From Takakia lepidozioides (Eukaryota; Plantae; Bryophyta): a stretch of DNA of 64,000 nt. Of this stretch, positions 61,600-64,000 are shown one piece after another. Made by a program: the position numbers and the translations under genes. Position 1 is the stretch's first letter. Each line of letters begins with the position of its first letter. The notes beneath the pieces were generated by a model that saw nothing but the letters and a program-made list of their open reading frames with translations, was not told where the DNA came from and did no database searches. The stretch is from assembly GCA_030704615.1 (NCBI GenBank), contig CM060733.1, positions 12,710,001-12,774,000 on the forward strand, given 5' to 3'.

Positions 61600-63500
61600 C
61601 CCTTTGTTGTCATGCAATCACCGAAAGTGCAAGGCAACATGTATCTACCATACAATGCAGGTCTGATATTTCTATCCAACTCATGGTCTTTCCTTTATCT
61701 CTCAACTGACCCTCCTCTCATCATTCTTTTGCTGAGCGGATCTCTCTTCTTCCCAATGTTTTATCTCCCTTTTCTGATGCAAGTGCCCATAATGGACCAG
61801 ACAGCCCTTCTATCACCATTCCCAATTGACATGCATCATCTCTTATCCTCTCTACACCATTCTGGTTTGAAGACCAGACCACCACTCCATTTCATTTTCA
61901 AAAACCCTTTTTCCTCTATCACATGTCTCTATCCTTTTCCCTTCTATCAAGAGCAAGTCCTAAATCTGCCCCAAAACGATTTCTAAGTCACACCCAAAAA
62001 GGAAGCATCCTATGTTTGAGAGCTGACTTCCCAACTTCTTGCAGCACTCCACACAACTTCCACCCTACCTCACTTTCTCTCTACCCTCCAGGACTGGTAT
62101 GAATTCCAGAAGTCACCATTCCATTTGCCAAAATCTTTTTCTATCTCCCTCATCTCTATTGAGAGTCTCTCTAGCAAAATTCCATAGCAACTATCCCTAA
62201 GTCAGAGAGGGGCCTTGCATCTATGAACTTAGCTCTCTTATACTCCAGCTGAAGCGGTGGGATCGCCTGCCTGAAATGGCACCTCACCATCTCTGTCAGC
62301 AGCTCCCCTAACTCCTCTGGCAGATGCCCGTCATGATGGAGCTGCTCCATCATCTTAACTAGCCTTTGATCAAGTCTGCAACCCCACCTTCCTATTCCCT
62401 GGCAGCAGGTTGTTTCCCTTGCAGGTTCATCCTCCTTGTCATCGTGGTTATGAGAGTAACGACGGCACTGCTGCCCCTCCACCGAGCTGCTTTCCCCGCA
62501 ACTCCTACACCTTCAGCGGTCAAATCACAGGAAGCACCGCCTCTATGCCTTCATTACTTCTGTCAGTAGTACATGATATTACTCCTTCCCTTGCCTTGAT
62601 GAATCGTCCTGCACCGCCTCCCTTCTCCTGGCTTGAGCAAAATTACCTAGCTGTTCCCTGCACGATTACCCTCCAGCAAGCCCTAAGCTTCCTCGACCCG
62701 ACGTTTCTACGGTAATCACCAGCGATGAAAGCCATTCATCCTATGGATGAAAAGGCGTATTTCATGACTTAGCCACATTTTGTCCTGGCAGAGCAATAGC
62801 ATAGTGTGCCCATGGAATTACCTGTAGGCATGGATAATTCCCTCCCGTTATTAGTACCCGGGCACTCCCTTTGTAGTAATGCCGGATCCTGATGCCAAGC
62901 AAAATTTCCATGTTACTCCCCTGCATTCACACTACATATGTAGTGTGTCTCCCTTTTTAAGTGTTAGGGTCCTCACTGACCACCTTCACCAGCTGAACAC
63001 CTACTGGTGATATGAAAGGTTTCAAGTCGTGCCTACCTCTTACCCATTCCCTGCCTGCTTTATCTTTCAGCCTGCACCATCGGCCAGCTTCCCTTCCAGG
63101 ATCATAAGGTACTCCCAACAGGTACATTGTGTTGATTCCCTTTCTGTTTCTGCTCCAGCTATCTTGGAGAGGTCCGTCTGTGATATTGTTTCTGATTGTC
63201 TTGCCTTGGCCTTCAGCAAAAGAAAGCCCCTCTCTGCTCATAATCTTCAAGGCCACTTCTGTCTGGCTGGTGCAAGCAGTGTTGTTCTCAAGCTGACACC
63301 ACCATCTGGTTTCCATGTAGCTTATCATGCCAATTTCATGGCCTTCCTCCTTGGCCATAATTTTCGTGCTCCATCCCTGAGCTTGCATCGTCGTCCAGCC
63401 CTTCCTGTTCAAGTGACAGCGTCCCGATGGTCCATCTTTTCCGCGGCTAGAGCAATTCCAATTTGTGACAATACCTTCTTCCTCTTCTTGTAGTTCATGC
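61600..63500 (-). mobile_element. Possible highly degenerate LINE remnant (ORF1 with zinc knuckle, endonuclease start)
   Basis: Purine-rich minus strand, degenerate C..x..H..RECP knuckle near 62860-62905; no clean motif. Confidence 0.3.
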
Positions 63501-63639
63501 CAGGCAGGTCCTGATCTCCTTCCCCTACAAACCAGCGTTTCCCAATTTTGTTGTTGCTCCCTGGCTCCTTGTTTTGAATCTCAGCTATCACTTGTGCTCC
63601 CATCGACATTCGCACCTTTCGTGCTGCCTCATTTCCTTC

Positions 63640-64000
63640 CTGCTCCATTTGTTGAGACAGTTGTGGGGTCTGTCCTTCAGAGCCATGCTGTGCATAACCT
63701 GCAATCATTTCTCTCCATGACCCCACTTTTGTGAGACATATTGTCACACATGTGTTGTGCACCCTTCATGCTTCCACGTTTGGCATACCTGTCAACAATG
63801 GAAGTATCCATAATGATATCTGGTGCAATACCAGATTTGATACTGTCATCATGGACCTCTTCGACTCTTACCAGGTCTGTCAGGTTCGCACATGCATTCA
63901 ACACACACAGGAACGTCACCTGTTTGGGCTTCTCTCCTTCATCTCCAGCATCTGTAGAAAGCTCATTGCCTCTCTGAATTGCATCTGCTGGCATAGCCTT
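63640..64000 (-). pseudogene. Degenerate PLS-class pentatricopeptide repeat fragment
   Basis: PKQVTFLCVLNACA...VH...IKSGIAPDIIMDTSIVDRYAKRGSM..A..CDNM...SW..MIAGYAQHG...QQMEQEG, with frameshifts. Confidence 0.85.

Overview
Eukaryotic, repeat-saturated DNA, most consistent with a seed-free land plant (GT-AG introns, PLS-type PPR remnant, bryophyte-like Ty3/Gypsy elements); the species cannot be fixed from sequence alone. There is no intact host gene. The window holds one full-length non-chromovirus Ty3/Gypsy element (30176-43217, minus; two LTRs, PBS, PPT, GAGTT TSD) with a ~3.8 kb extra ORF 3' of pol. A 5'-truncated sister copy faces it (9436-19548, plus), and there are scattered fragments of a diverged relative plus a second Gypsy family. 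Also present are a CACTA transposase remnant, a Sola-like DDE transposase convergent with a coiled-coil/RING-H2 gene, and host exon debris (SCPL, SEN1/Upf1-like helicase, PPR). The most interesting signal is a group of Mutator-like elements with short shared termini (NNNNNNN-GCTA-NNN-CRTGAGC). One end carries a spliced gene resembling a bacterial-type beta-class (N4C/N6A) DNA amino-methyltransferase. Another carries a DDE+SWIM transposase. A third, TSD-bounded copy (about 48026-55291) keeps deleted remnants of both genes transcribed divergently from a 3.8 kb array of ~33 long palindromes with higher-order periodicity. A spliced ParB/Srx-like gene fragment lies nearby. Together these suggest a transposon-borne ParB/methyltransferase plus palindrome-array system; this is inference and untested. 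Many 1-bp frameshifts may be long-read errors.
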